Shown here in pieces: positions 63,785 to 64,000 of a DNA stretch of 64,000 bases. The DNA lies in the NCBI RefSeq assembly GCF_009914755.1, contig NC_060947.1; one strand, written 5' to 3'. The stretch comes from the human T2T-CHM13v2.0 reference genome, Homo sapiens. The notes under the pieces are model-generated. The model worked only from the letters and a program-made list of their open reading frames with translations. It ran no database searches and had not been told where the DNA came from. The position numbers were made by a program, and so were the translations under genes. Numbering within the stretch: the stretch's first letter is position 1; each line of letters begins with the position of its first letter.

Positions 63785-64000
63785 ATTCATTAATAAAAAA
63801 ATGTCGTCCAGGCGCAGTGGCTCACGCCTGTAATCCCAGCATTTTGGGAGGCCGAGGCAGGCAGATCACAAGGTCAGGAGATCGAGACCATCCTGGCCAA
63901 CATGGTGAAACCCTGTCTCTACTAAAAATACAAAAATTAGCCCGGTGTGGAGGCGCATACATATAGTCCCAGCTACTTGGGAGGCTGAGGCAGGAGAATC
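63785..64000 (+). mobile_element. Alu (runs off the window)
   Basis: GGCGCAGTGGCTCACGCCTGTAATCCCAGC... Confidence 0.9.

Overview
This is human-type (hominid) genomic DNA with no sign of prokaryotic content, and I recognise it as the Xq21.1 MAGT1-COX7B-ATP7A locus. It holds the first coding exon and promoter of MAGT1 (minus strand; intron 1 runs off the left edge). It holds the complete 3-exon COX7B gene (80 aa; CDS 12612-12651, 15701-15825, 18242-18319). It also holds the ATP7A promoter with its 3 x 98-bp tandem repeat, non-coding exon 1 (donor after 23891) and about 40 kb of intron 1; no ATP7A coding exon is in the window. The remainder is mostly interspersed repeats: dozens of Alus, old L1/L2/L3/MIR, MER3, Tigger4 and a full-length antisense SVA with target-site duplications (TSDs). 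Nearly all ORFs in the supplied track are repeat artefacts. I found no new multi-gene system. The best leads are: (i) a circularly permuted Alu whose two TSDs face each other (27507-27923); (ii) a 44-nt MIR-derived cassette exon in ATP7A intron 1 that begins with ATG and reads as a stop-containing uORF (36055-36098); (iii) a ~90-bp fold-back palindrome inside an old L1 (52896-52985); (iv) the antisense SVA. Repeat family and subfamily calls are by eye, and their boundaries are approximate unless TSDs are quoted.
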